Below are positions 42,390-54,024 of a stretch of 64,000 nucleotides of DNA, in pieces. The DNA comes from Naegleria gruberi (taxonomy: Eukaryota): NCBI GenBank assembly GCA_000004985.1, contig GG738930.1; one strand, given 5' to 3'. The position numbers and the translations under genes were made by a program. The first letter of the stretch is position 1. Every line of letters starts with the position of its first letter. The notes beneath the pieces are model-generated. The model searched no databases, was not told where the DNA came from, and saw only the letters and a list, made by a program, of their open reading frames with translations.

Positions 42390-44872
42390 TTATTCCAAAA
42401 TGTTGAGAGTTGGTGTTTGAGCTTGTTGTTCACATAATCGAAGTAAATGTTGGGTTGGAAGGTCATTTGGGTTGACTTGTTGATATTCTCGAAATAGAGG
42501 AATGGCTTCTTCAAATTTACCTTCAAACAGAAGAGAGCAACCTTGGTTGTAAACTCCCCATTTTAAATATCTTTCCTTCTTATTGAAATGTGAATGTAAA
42601 TCTTTGGTCGAGTTAAGTAAATGAGTAGAGATTGGAAACTTACCATCATCAGTTTCTTGTTTCATTTCAATTGAATCTCCCAATTCATATAATAAACAAT
42701 CTTTTGTCAATGAATTTGACATAGAAACACTTCCAATTTCCCAATTTTCTTGGTTGAAATCATCTAGAGAGGAAAAGAAATAATCCTCCCTTAATTCTCT
42801 TCTATCCAGGAATCTAGTCTCACACCTAGTGTGGCAATATTGCTTGATGTGCTGTGTGATAATGATTGGAACTTTGAGTTTCTTGCCAAATCTTATTATT
42901 TGATCCAAATTATGTCTCGTGCTTGAAAAAATTGTAAAGTGCTTAATGTCTTTAGTTCCAATATTTCCACAAAATGTTTTTTGAGCACAAATAGCAAATC
43001 TGAAATTAATCAATTCACAAATTTCCTCCCTCAATAGTCCACTTTCTCTCCACTTGTTTTCTTTCACGTTGGTTAACTTTTCTTGTAAAAGTTGAGCGCT
43101 GGCAACTGCTTTTTCTTCGTGATTGTTCTGGTTAATAGTAGTATTATAAGCAATAGTTAAAATATCATTCTCAAAGTTGACCAAATGGCCAGATGTAGTC
43201 CTAATCACTGTGTCCACTTGGCTAAATAAATCTCCCAACAATGAAACTAGATGAGTTGGGTTTCCTTCTAAGGATAACAACCATTCATTCAATCCTTCAA
43301 TGTACATTTGATTGATACTAATCTTTCTTGGTTCCAAATAGAGAGAAAATTTGCATTTCAATTTAGATGATTTTTTCTTACTGTCCAAAATATTAGATAA
43401 TTTTGAAGCTTTCCCTCCTTCAAGTGAATTATCTTCAATGCTTGAAAATGGTTGACTTTTTTCCAATTCAACAGAATCTGAAGTCATTGTTCTAGGTGAA
43501 AAGGAATCCAACGAAAGTCTAGTTGCAGTTTCTTGTTCTCCATTTNNNNNNNNNNNNNNNNNNNNNNNNNNNNNNNNNNNNNNNNNNNNNNNNNNNNNNN
43601 NNNNNNNNNNNNNNNNNNNNNNNNNNNNNNNNNNNNNNNNNNNNNNNNNNNNNNNNNNNNNNNNNNNNNNNNNNNNNNNNNNNNNNNNNNNNNNNNNNNN
43701 NNNNNNNNNNNNNNNNNNNNNNNNNNNNNNNNNNNNNNNNNNNNNNNNNNNNNNNNNNNNNNNNNNNNNNNNNNNNNNNNNNNNNNNNNNNNNNNNNNNN
43801 NNNNNNNNNNNNNNNNNNNNNNNNNNNNNNNNNNNNNNNNNNNNNNNNNNNNNNNNNNNNNNNNNNNNNNNNNNNNNNNNNNNNNNNNNNNNNNNNNNNN
43901 NNNNNNNNNNNNNNNNNNNNNNNNNNNNNNNNNNNNNNNNNNNNNNNNNNNNNNNNNNNNNNNNNNNNNNNNNNNNNNNNNNNNNNNNNNNNNNNNNNNN
44001 NNNNNNNNNNNNNNNNNNNNNNNNNNNNNNNNNNNNNNNNNNNNNNNNNNNNNNNNNNNNNNNNNNNNNNNNNNNNNNNNNNNNNNNNNNNNNNNNNNNN
44101 NNNNNNNNNNNNNNNNNNNNNNNNNNNNNNNNNNNNNNNNNNNNNNNNNNNNNNNNNNNNNNNNNNNNNNNNNNNNNNNNNNNNNNNNNNNNNNNNNNNN
44201 NNNNNNNNNNNNNNNNNNNNNNNNNNNNNNNNNNNNNNNNNNNNNNNNNNNNNNNNNNNNNNNNNNNNNNNNNNNNNNNNNNNNNNNNNNNNNNNNNNNN
44301 NNNNNNNNNNNNNNNNNNNNNNNNNNNNNNNNNNNNNNNNNNNNNNNNNNNNNNNNNNNNNNNNNNNNNNNNNNNNNNNNNNNNNNNNNNNNNNNNNNNN
44401 NNNNNNNNNNNNNNNNNNNNNNNNNNNNNNNNNNNNNNNNNNNNNNNNNNNNNNNNNNNNNNNNNNNNNNNNNNNNNNNNNNNNNNNNNNNNNNNNNNNN
44501 NNNNNNNNNNNNNNNNNNNNNNNNNNNNNNNNNNNNNNNNNNNNNNNNNNNNNNNNNNNNNNNNNNNNNNNNNNNNNNNNNNNNNNNNNNNNNNNNNNNN
44601 NNNNNNNNNNNNNNNNNNNNNNNNATAACAAACACACTCATTAATGTCAAACTCGAAATTACTATAAGCATACAATTTCTTATAGAAATTTGGCAATTGC
44701 TCGCCGATAAGAAGAAGACGGAAGAGTTTGTATCCGAATTATTGTATTTTCTATTCCAATCATTGTCTTCATAACTAAATCTCCCATTAGAATAAATATC
44801 ATGTTGAGGTAAATCAAAGGCAAGAGGTAAAACCTTACGAGAGGACGTTGATGATCGCCTTGTGAGTGGCAT
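42390..44872 (-). CDS. cyclase-homology-domain protein with degenerate catalytic residues plus C-terminal TPR-like region; interrupted by a 1079-N gap
   Basis: The C-terminal part (42390-43545) aligns to a class III cyclase domain (HLVSLLGDLFSQVDTVIRTTSGHLVNFENDILTIAY; FRFAICAQKTFCGNIG; FTIFSSTRHNLDQI) but lacks the first metal-binding Asp and the N/R transition-state residues. A TPR-like helix pair follows. The N-terminal fragment is at 44625-44872. Confidence 0.5.
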
Positions 44873-45116
44873 ATTATTACTAAATTAAATTTCCCTTACT
44901 TTTACCTCTTCTACCAGTAGTCCGAGATTAATTTCCTTTGATGACCAAGAGAAAAAATATTGCTAAATTTCAAAGCAGAAAAGCGCGAGGTTGTGTTGCA
45001 CCTTTTTTTTTGAGGTTGTTTTAGGTGCATATCTCGCCTTAATAAGGAAGAGCGAGAGGAACAAGAGTATGAGGAGATTTTAGAAATGACATTTAGATAT
45101 AGATTGTTTATGTAAA

Positions 45117-48100
45117 TTAAGCTTCTGTTTTTGAGGGAGAGATTGTTGGTGAAGGGTTGAGATTGTTGGTTGTTTCTGGTAAATTTTGTTGGGTGTTGGA
45201 TGTTTGATTGAGTTTGAGAACAGTCAATTCGTCAACTGAACTTGATTCTAATAGATTTGTTGGAGATTGGGAGTCTATCTTGAGTTCTTGAATTTCTTGA
45301 ACTGTTGGCAATGGGTTTGCATGATGTTTGTCCTTTAACAGGTATGTTTTCATTTCACCCTTTCCTTTGACATAGATTGATTCTCTTTCTTCAAATTCAT
45401 ATCCCAAATCGAATACTCTTTCATAGGTTGCTCTTGAAATTTGAATTCTTCCTGGAACACCTGTTGATTCCATTCGAGAGGCTGTGTTGATTGTATCACC
45501 CCACAAATCGTAAGCAAACTTTTTAGTTCCAATAACACCTCCAACACATGGTCCTGTGTGCATTCCAATTCTCAAATTCACTTCCTTTCCAAATTTAATA
45601 TTGAAATCTCTCAAGAATGAATAAACTGAGATTGCAAACTTTAACATTCTCTCAGGGTGGTCAGATGATTTTGAAGAGTGAGTTCCTGAAACTGCAAAGT
45701 AAGCATCTCCAATAGTTTTGATCTTGTCAATCAAATATTTCTCAGTCAACTTGTCAAATTCATTCACAATTGTGTTCAACATCATCACCAATTGATCTGC
45801 TTCCATTCCTGAAGACATTTTGGTGAAACCAACCATATCAGAAAAGAAAATCGTAACATCTGGGAACTTTTCTGCGATATAGGTTTCTCCTTGTTTCAAT
45901 CTATTAGCAACTGGCAATGGCAAAATATTCAACAATAACTCTTCACTTTTCTTCTTTTCCTCACCTAGCAACAATGAATGTTTCTTCAATTGAGTAACAT
46001 CCTTCACAAAACAGGACAAGATTGGTTTACCAAGGTACTGACTGATAGAAATCGACACAAATGCAGGGAAAGTGGTCTTGTTCTTTCTCAATCCTGTCAC
46101 TTCGAATGAATCTGCTGAAACACCTGTTTCCTCATTGCAAACTTTCATGGAATCAATAAGAACTGTAATCTTTTCCACATTCAATTCTGTAAATAGAGTT
46201 TCTAATCGAATTCCCAAAATCTCTTCCTTCTTATAACCAAACATATCTTCACTGGAAGGATTGAACATTACAACCTCTCCCTTTGGATTACAGATAATGC
46301 TTCCATCTACACCACTATTCAAAATTGATCTTGTCATGTCCATATTTTCATCATCCACTTCAAGTCCAGACATGACTGCATTTCTTCTCTTTATCAATTT
46401 CTTCAATTTTTGAGCTGAGGATGGAACTCTATAGTTTAAAATATAGTCAATCATATCTGGTATCATGTCAACAACATCTTTAGGAATATAATTCAACATT
46501 ATTCTTAATGATTGAATTTCTCTAAAGAGATCCATCATCGCTAGATAGGAAAGCCAACCAAACACAAGAACTGCTAATGAGCCCAGAATGGTTGAAATGA
46601 TTGCCAAGTAATCTTCTGATTGTTTTGTATTCTGTACATATGTGCTTGTGAAATCGTAAATAAGCTGAACTGCAACCAGAGCTGGATAGTACAGATATGT
46701 AAAGTACTGATCAGTTTCGTATGATTTTGTGTAAAACCTTGCTTTTAAATCCTCATTAATCTCTGCTGCTAGATCTTGAAAAGAGTGAATCAACTTTTCT
46801 AAACCATAACATGAAACTCTTGTCTTCACCAAACTGTCTGGGAGAATATCCAAAGCCGGACCACTTGTGTAATTAACCATTGAAGTATTTGAATCACACT
46901 TATAGGCAAGTAATTTGTCAATATCAGAATATTTTCCAAAAAGAGAATTGGAATAGCCCAACTCTGGAGCTCCTCTTACAGCATAAGACCAGGACATTGT
47001 AATATTCATTAATTGCTTTTGATTCCGCAAGTGTAACTCATCGGGAGTGTAATCTGACATATTTGATGCAATAATCATCTCGGCCAACTTGAAATTCACA
47101 GAAGTTACTGAACTAAGAACGTAGTTTACAGAAGCAGCAGTTTTCATTGTAATAAACTGATTCTGTTTGTTGAGTTGGAATTCGTATATCTGAATAGGAC
47201 TCACCAATGCTACTACAAAAAATGTGATTGCAGTGTATATGATAATCTTATTCTTTGGACTTAGTACAGTTTCTCCGTAATCTCCAGTTTTAGTAGATGT
47301 CAAAGTGTGATATAGCTTACCAACCTCATCCTTTTGAATCTTTCTAAAGATATGAAAAATGACCTGTCTTATTTGAACAAAGTATTGACTCAACATGGAT
47401 ATATAGAACCCAACCAATACAAAATAGCATCCCAATAGAATTCCTGAACTCCATAAAAACACTTGTGAGAGGGTATCTGCTCTTTCCATGGAAAATGTCA
47501 AAAAGTATTGGCAAAACCCATCAAATGCATCGGTCATCGTCTCTCTATTGTACAGGAAGAACAAGACTGGGAAGTTTGTGGCAGTGTTATTCAATTGAAC
47601 AGGATAAGAAAACTGACTGATAACTGTTGGAGCTTGAGCTGCAAACATTGCAATGAAATCCAACACTGACACATTCATGGTTGTGTAAACCTGAGAGGAT
47701 TCTCCAACTACCTGCTTGTTTGGAATTTTGTAAGTCCACTTTTGAGAGATGAAGTCATCTGTAATAGATGGAAAGAATGACTCTGTGGATGCACTCATCA
47801 CATTCTTAACTAAATTTAAAACATAGTTCGCTTGCAGTGTTGCCAAATGCTGAACTGGTCCAGCAGTGGTTTCGTTCAAGTACCTGTATCTTGCTTGCAA
47901 TGTTCTAACATGATTTGCCATAATGCTTGGAGCACCAGCTATTGAGCAAATCTTTTCCTCTAGTGCTGTTCTACTCGTAAACTCTGATGAAACAATCAAA
48001 CTAAGAATCAACATGAATAGAATAATGAGAATGGAAATTACAATAAATGGAAGAAAAAGCATAAAGAATGATTTCCTGCGCTCTGGCATGTTGATAGAAT

Positions 48101-48687
48101 TTCTGTAGAATGCTTCCTCCCTCATAGTTTCTTCCATTCTTGCACTGATTGAATCCCAATTATCCACAACTTCATCGAATGAAACAGCATTCTTCATGGC
48201 AGCATTGGACTTACTGTGCTTCATTAATTGAGATGTAGAAGTAGCATAGGGAAGAACTCTATTTTCTGGTTGTTTTTTCTTAGTTGACTTTGCTTTCTCT
48301 TCCTCAATTTGGTTGGCTTCTTCATAAAGTTCTGCAGCCATTTCCAGTTCAAATTTGAAAGTTTCTAAGAAGTGAGCATATGCTCTCATTAAAGTCTTGT
48401 TATTCATATTGGAACTCATACTATTCTTGTATGCATTTTCACAATAATGTGTAAGATTGTGAGCTTGTCTGTTGATGTCCTCTAATTTTGTCTCTGAAGG
48501 ATTTTCGCTTGAAAGCTCTTTAAAGAAATCCTGATGTAGATTAATGATCTTTGCTTGTCTCTTCTCAAGTTTTTCCAATATTTTTTGAAGTTCAAAACTC
48601 AAGGCATCACCATCTTGTGATTGCACTTCAATTTCCTTACTTCTCAAATAGAAATGGAATAGTTGGACGAAACTTGGACTATGTCTC
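45117..48687 (-). CDS. receptor-type adenylyl/guanylyl cyclase: TM1, ~430-aa extracellular region, TM2, PAS, class III cyclase domain (first codons lie in the gap)
   Basis: Catalytic motifs VTIFFSDMVGFTKMSS, KIKTIGDAYFAVSG, GMHTGPCVGGVIG and YDLWGDTINTASRMEST. TM helices FLPFIVISILIILFMLILSLIV and LAIISTILGSLAVLVFGWLSYL. The ORF continues open (…RHSPSFVQLFHFYLRSKEIE) into the N run at 48688. Confidence 0.85.
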
Positions 48688-49877
48688 NNNNNNNNNNNNN
48701 NNNNNNNNNNNNNNNNNNNNNNNNNNNNNNNNNNNNNNNNNNNNNNNNNNNNNNNNNNNNNNNNNNNNNNNNNNNNNNNNNNNNNNNNNNNNNNNNNNNN
48801 NNNNNNNNNNNNNNNNNNNNNNNNNNNNNNNNNNNNNNNNNNNNNNNNNNNNNNNNNNNNNNNNNNNNNNNNNNNNNNNNNNNNNNNNNNNNNNNNNNNN
48901 NNNNNNNNNNNNNNNNNNNNNNNNNNNNNNNNNNNNNNNNNNNNNNNNNNNNNNNNNNNNNNNNNNNNNNNNNNNNNNNNNNNNNNNNNNNNNNNNNNNN
49001 NNNNNNNNNNNNNNNNNNNNNNNNNNNNNNNNNNNNNNNNNNNNNNNNNNNNNNNNNNNNNNNNNNNNNNNNNNNNNNNNNNNNNNNNNNNNNNNNNNNN
49101 NNNNNNNNNNNNNNNNNNNNNNNNNNNNNNNNNNNNNNNNNNNNNNNNNNNNNNNNNNNNNNNNNNNNNNNNNNNNNNNNNNNNNNNNNNNNNNNNNNNN
49201 NNNNNNNNNNNNNNNNNNNNNNNNNNNNNNNNNNNNNNNNNNNNNNNNNNNNNNNNNNNNNNNNNNNNNNNNNNNNNNNNNNNNNNNNNNNNNNNNNNNN
49301 NNNNNNNNNNNNNNNNNNNNNNNNNNNNNNNNNNNNNNNNNNNNNNNNNNNNNNNNNNNNNNNNNNNNNNNNNNNNNNNNNNNNNNNNNNNNNNNNNNNN
49401 NNNNNNNNNNNNNNNNNNNNNNNNNNNNNNNNNNNNNNNNNNNNNNNNNNNNNNNNNNNNNNNNNNNNNNNNNNNNNNNNNNNNNNNNNNNNNNNNNNNN
49501 NNNNNNNNNNNNNNNNNNNNNNNNNNNNNNNNNNNNNNNNNNNNNNNNNNNNNNNNNNNNNNNNNNNNNNNNNNNNNNNNNNNNNNNNNNNNNNNNNNNN
49601 NNNNNNNNNNNNNNNNNNNNNNNNNNNNNNNNNNNNNNNNNNNNNNNNNNNNNNNNNNNNNNNNNNNNNNNNNNNNNNNNNNNNNNNNNNNNNNNNNNNN
49701 NNNNNNNNNNNNNNNNNNNNNNNNNNNNNNNNNNNNNNNNNNNNNNNNNNNNNNNNNNNNNNNNNNNNNNNNNNNNNNNNNNNNNNNNNNNNNNNNNNNN
49801 NNNNNNNNNNNNNNNNNNNNNNNNNNNNNNNNNNNNNNNNNNNNNNNNNNNNNNNNNNNNNNNNNNNNNNNNNNNNN
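48688..49877. other. assembly gap (1190 N)
   Basis: It hides the 5' end of the cyclase gene at 45117-48687 and the 3' two-thirds of its upstream paralogue. Confidence 0.95.
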
Positions 49878-51100
49878 CAGTCAGCTCTCTCCATAGAAGT
49901 ATCCAAAAATGATCTACAAAACCAATCAAAAGCCTCAGACATTGTCTCTCTATTGTAGAGGAAGAAAAGAACTGGAAAATTTGTTGAAGTGTCGTTCAGT
50001 TGGGCAGGAGAGCTCAATTGAGAAATTGCTCTACCAGCATGATTTTCAAACATGTTTAAAAATTCCAAAACAGATACATTCATGGTAGAATAGAGTTGTG
50101 TAGATTCTCCTACAACTTGTTTGTTTGGAACCTTGTACAAAAACTTTTGGGCAATAAAATCTTCAGTAACAGCTGGGAAGAATGATGAGGAAGATGCACT
50201 CAATACATTATTAATCAATGTTGTAACATAGCTGGTCTGAACAGTAGCTAAGGCATGAGCGGTACTTGCTGAAGATTCATTCAAATATCTATACCTAGCT
50301 TGAATAGAACGAATGTGATTGGCCATAATGCTTGGAGCACCAGCTATTGAGCAAATCTTTTCTTCTAACACTGTTCTACTGGTAAATTCTGACGAAAAGA
50401 CCAGAGACATTGTTAATAAAATTAATAAAACAAGGAATGAAACAATCACAAACGGTAAAAATGTGAAATAATAGGATTTTCTGTGTTCTGGAGTGTTGAT
50501 TGAATTTCTATAGAAGGCTTCTTGTTTCATTGATTCTTCCATTCTTGCACTGATCGAATCCCAGTTATCTACAACTTCATCGAATGATACTCCATGTTTC
50601 AGAGTGTCTGATTTCCTTCTTTTCATAAGTGATGACTCTTCTGAGGCACTGGTATAAGGAACTACTCTATTACTTTTTGAATGAGACTGCTTGTTGGTTT
50701 TGGATTTCTCTTCCTCAATTTGATTAGCCTCCTCATATAATTCATTGGCCACTTCAATCTCAAATCTAAATATCTCCAAAAAGTATGCGTAAGCTCTCAA
50801 CAGGGTCTTGTTGTTCATATTGGTATACATGCAATTCTTGTATGCATTTTCACAAAATATTATCAAATTATTGGATTTTCTGTTAATCTTTTCAAGTTTG
50901 TCCTCAGAAGGATTTTCACTGGAAAGCTCTTTGAAAAATTCCTGGTGCAATGCCAGTATCTGAGATTGTTTCTTATCGAGTCTCTCTAATAATTTTTTAA
51001 CTTCATAACTAACATTAGCATAATTCTCAGAGTTGGCTTCAATCTCTTTGCATCTCAAAAAGTAATGGAAAACTTGAACGAAATTTGGGTTTTGTTTCAA
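49878..51100 (-). CDS. receptor-type cyclase paralogue (N-terminal ~400 aa only; remainder in the gap)
   Basis: Collinear with the N-terminus of the 45117-48687 gene (KEIEANSE.../KEIEVQSQ..., LHQEFFKELSSENPSE, TM helix, SRTVLEEKICSIAGAPSIMANH). The track start at 51100 is TTG. Confidence 0.75.
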
Positions 51101-52782
51101 ACTCTTCTCATTATTTCAACTGCAAGGGCTGTGTTTCCACTTTCTGTGGTGCTAGCTGGGGCATTATTACCAACAAAGCTTGCTGCCATGATTAACAAGT
51201 TGACATCTGTAACACTACGTAAGTTTGCTGATTTGATGAATTTTCTTGCCAACTCCAAATCTGAACCTTCTCCACCCTTTGTTTTCAATGTGTTAAATTT
51301 AATGAACATGATAATACTCTTGTTCATCTTTTTTGTTGTCAATTCAGAGACAATATTGGATACGGAATGGCTGTCTGAAAAGTATTCGTTCAATACTGTT
51401 CTTATCGATCTCATCTTTAGTCTTGTATAAATTTCCATAATCACATATCCAAGTATGAAACCAACAATCATCAGAGCCAATGTTATTCCTGTTAAGATTC
51501 CTCCAATTAATTCCTTGTCAATGGTTGAATCTCTTGTGACAAGCAAACAAACAAGAGGTCCTAAACTTCCCAAAGCCCTTGAAACTCCAACTCCACAATA
51601 AACACAATTCTCCCACCTTCTGTAGAAGGGTATTGCCACAAATAGTGAAACAATAAAGAGAATGCTCAACAAGAATTTGATACCAGCGGAAATAACACAC
51701 AACTCATAAGTTAAAACTACTGTCAGTATGATACCAACTTGGTTATTGAGTAACAAGAGACATAGTGGATAAATTCTATCTAGTACGAATACTGTCCTGG
51801 TTCCTCTTGTTGGAATAGTTTCATATACAAGATAAAAACCTAATACAGAAATACCTAGTGTCAAAATTGCCCCTATACATCCAATAACAATGAGACCAAT
51901 GTTAACAGAGGCTGTAAATAATGGTGTTGTGAAATGTTTCATATAAATTTCGGTTGATGATGATGTGGAGAAGATATTCATGTTAACAGCTAGAGGGTAT
52001 GTATGTACAAAAAGCATGAATGGTGAAAGTATAATTACAATTATTATGAATAGTCTGGATACCATTTTGATTTTGTCATTGTATCTGCTTCCATTCTTGA
52101 TTCCTACTCTGTATGCATAAAAGCAAATCAAACATAGAATTTCAACGAATAGCCATATTGCAGAAAATGTATAAACTAGCTCATAAGGATAATATTGTAT
52201 TCCAAAATCAAGAGGAAAATGCAAAACTCTCCAAATCCAACCACCAACAACACCCCACATTGCTCCACTACTCTCCTCACTCGCAGTCGTTGTTATTGAA
52301 CAGGTTATCAAAGAATAGTATATCATGTAAATATGTAACATAATCCATGCGACTGCTTGGTATTTGCTCTTGATGAAAGATTCATTCCTCTTGAAAGAAA
52401 CAATAAATTCAAATATGGAATTACGAAATGCTAGTAATGGTGATTGAGGATTTGTAAAGGCTGATGATGAATAACTGGTATTACTTCCCACATAGGAAGC
52501 TTCACCCTTATTCATTGGTTGATTTGCAACTTCTTCATCTTGCGAGTTTTTGATGGGTTTTCCCCAATATTGGTCATCATCTTCATCTTCCATCAAATTC
52601 TTTGTGCTTCCATGTGAGGATGGTGTTGGAATAGGTGAGGAATGATGTTGTTGATGTTGAGAATGATGTGGATCTAAATGATGCACAGATGTATTGCTCT
52701 TGTCTCGCCTTATCGAGATGGGCTGAGGATCATCACCATTGCCCAATGTTGTTGTTGTTGTATTGATGTGAGGGTGAGACAT
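51097..52782 (-). CDS. hypothetical polytopic membrane protein (~10 TM helices)
   Basis: 561-aa ORF with ATG at 52782. His/Gln-rich N-terminus followed by many hydrophobic helices. Its stop overlaps the TTG start of the next ORF. Confidence 0.5.
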   Translation of the reverse strand: MSHPHINTTTTTLGNGDDPQPISIRRDKSNTSVHHLDPHHSQHQQHHSSPIPTPSSHGSTKNLMEDEDDDQYWGKPIKNSQDEEVANQPMNKGEASYVGSNTSYSSSAFTNPQSPLLAFRNSIFEFIVSFKRNESFIKSKYQAVAWIMLHIYMIYYSLITCSITTTASEESSGAMWGVVGGWIWRVLHFPLDFGIQYYPYELVYTFSAIWLFVEILCLICFYAYRVGIKNGSRYNDKIKMVSRLFIIIVIILSPFMLFVHTYPLAVNMNIFSTSSSTEIYMKHFTTPLFTASVNIGLIVIGCIGAILTLGISVLGFYLVYETIPTRGTRTVFVLDRIYPLCLLLLNNQVGIILTVVLTYELCVISAGIKFLLSILFIVSLFVAIPFYRRWENCVYCGVGVSRALGSLGPLVCLLVTRDSTIDKELIGGILTGITLALMIVGFILGYVIMEIYTRLKMRSIRTVLNEYFSDSHSVSNIVSELTTKKMNKSIIMFIKFNTLKTKGGEGSDLELARKFIKSANLRSVTDVNLLIMAASFVGNNAPASTTESGNTALAVEIMRRV

Positions 52783-54024
52783 CGAGGGGTTTTTTTCTTA
52801 GCTTTTTTCAACTACAAGTATCTTATATTTTGGCGGGAGTATAATGTCGCTTTTAGAGACGGCATCGCACATTTGAGACCTTAATCAATGAATTGTGCTC
52901 TCCAATTTAAAAATTTCCCTTTGCATCTTAATAAGCTGAGAATGATCGGTTTTGTCCTTCTGCCGAGATTCTAAACCCGCTTATGTTCAGATTTCAATTG
53001 AAGGGAGAAGATATGATATTCCAATGGTAATGTGGGCGTATTATTGTGTGTTCATTATTCATTGTATTTTACAATTATTACTGCTCTAAAGAGAGAGATT
53101 ATCATTCCGTAACAATTGTTTTGTGCTTGCGAGATCGTATTAAATATTAATTATTTTTGTTACTGTAATTTATACGTCTTGTTTTGGATTAATCTCTACA
53201 GGTTCTTTGCTGAGAACATTTGTGTTGTTCTTTTAATTATTATTATTAATATATTTCCTAATCGTCTGATGAAGAAGAATACATGTTGTTGTTTTTGTTT
53301 TGAATANNNNNNNNNNNNNNNNNNNNNNNNNNNNNNNNNNNNNNNNNNNNNNNNNNNNNNNNNNNNNNNNNNNNNNNNNNNNNNNNNNNNNNNNNNNNNN
53401 NNNNNNNNNNNNNNNNNNNNNNNNNNNNNNNNNNNNNNNNNNNNNNNNNNNNNNNNNNNNNNNNNNNNNNNNNNNNNNNNNNNNNNNNNNNNNNNNNNNN
53501 NNNNNNNNNNNNNNNNNNNNNNNNNNNNNNNNNNNNNNNNNNNNNNNNNNNNNNNNNNNNNNNNNNNNNNNNNNNNNNNNNNNNNNNNNNNNNNNNNNNN
53601 NNNNNNNNNNNNNNNNNNNNNNNNNNNNNNNNNNNNNNNNNNNNNNNNNNNNNNNNNNNNNNNNNNNNNNNNNNNNNNNNNNNNNNNNNNNNNNNNNNNN
53701 NNNNNNNNNNNNNNNNNNNNNNNNNNNNNNNNNNNNNNNNNNNNNNNNNNNNNNNNNNNNNNNNNNNNNNNNNNNNNNNNNNNNNNNNNNNNNNNNNNNN
53801 NNNNNNNNNNNNNNNNNNNNNNNNNNNNNNNNNNNNNNNNNNNNNNNNNNNNNNNNNNNNNNNNNNNNNNNNNNNNNNNNNNNNNNNNNNNNNNNNNNNN
53901 NNNNNNNNNNNNNNNNNNNNATAGATGCGAAGGATTGTTTGGATTCTCCAAATTGATGAAAATGTTTTGGAATTTTTCATAACTTAGTGCAAGGAATTGT
54001 TTCAATTACATAGACAAAAAAAAG

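Noticed and set aside
51097-51130. Candidate 30-nt intron (GTTTGA...TTCAAG) that might join the 561-aa membrane ORF to the downstream cyclase paralogue
   Set aside because: Splicing it leaves an in-frame stop a few codons later, so this model fails. The abutment is kept only as an open question in the findings.
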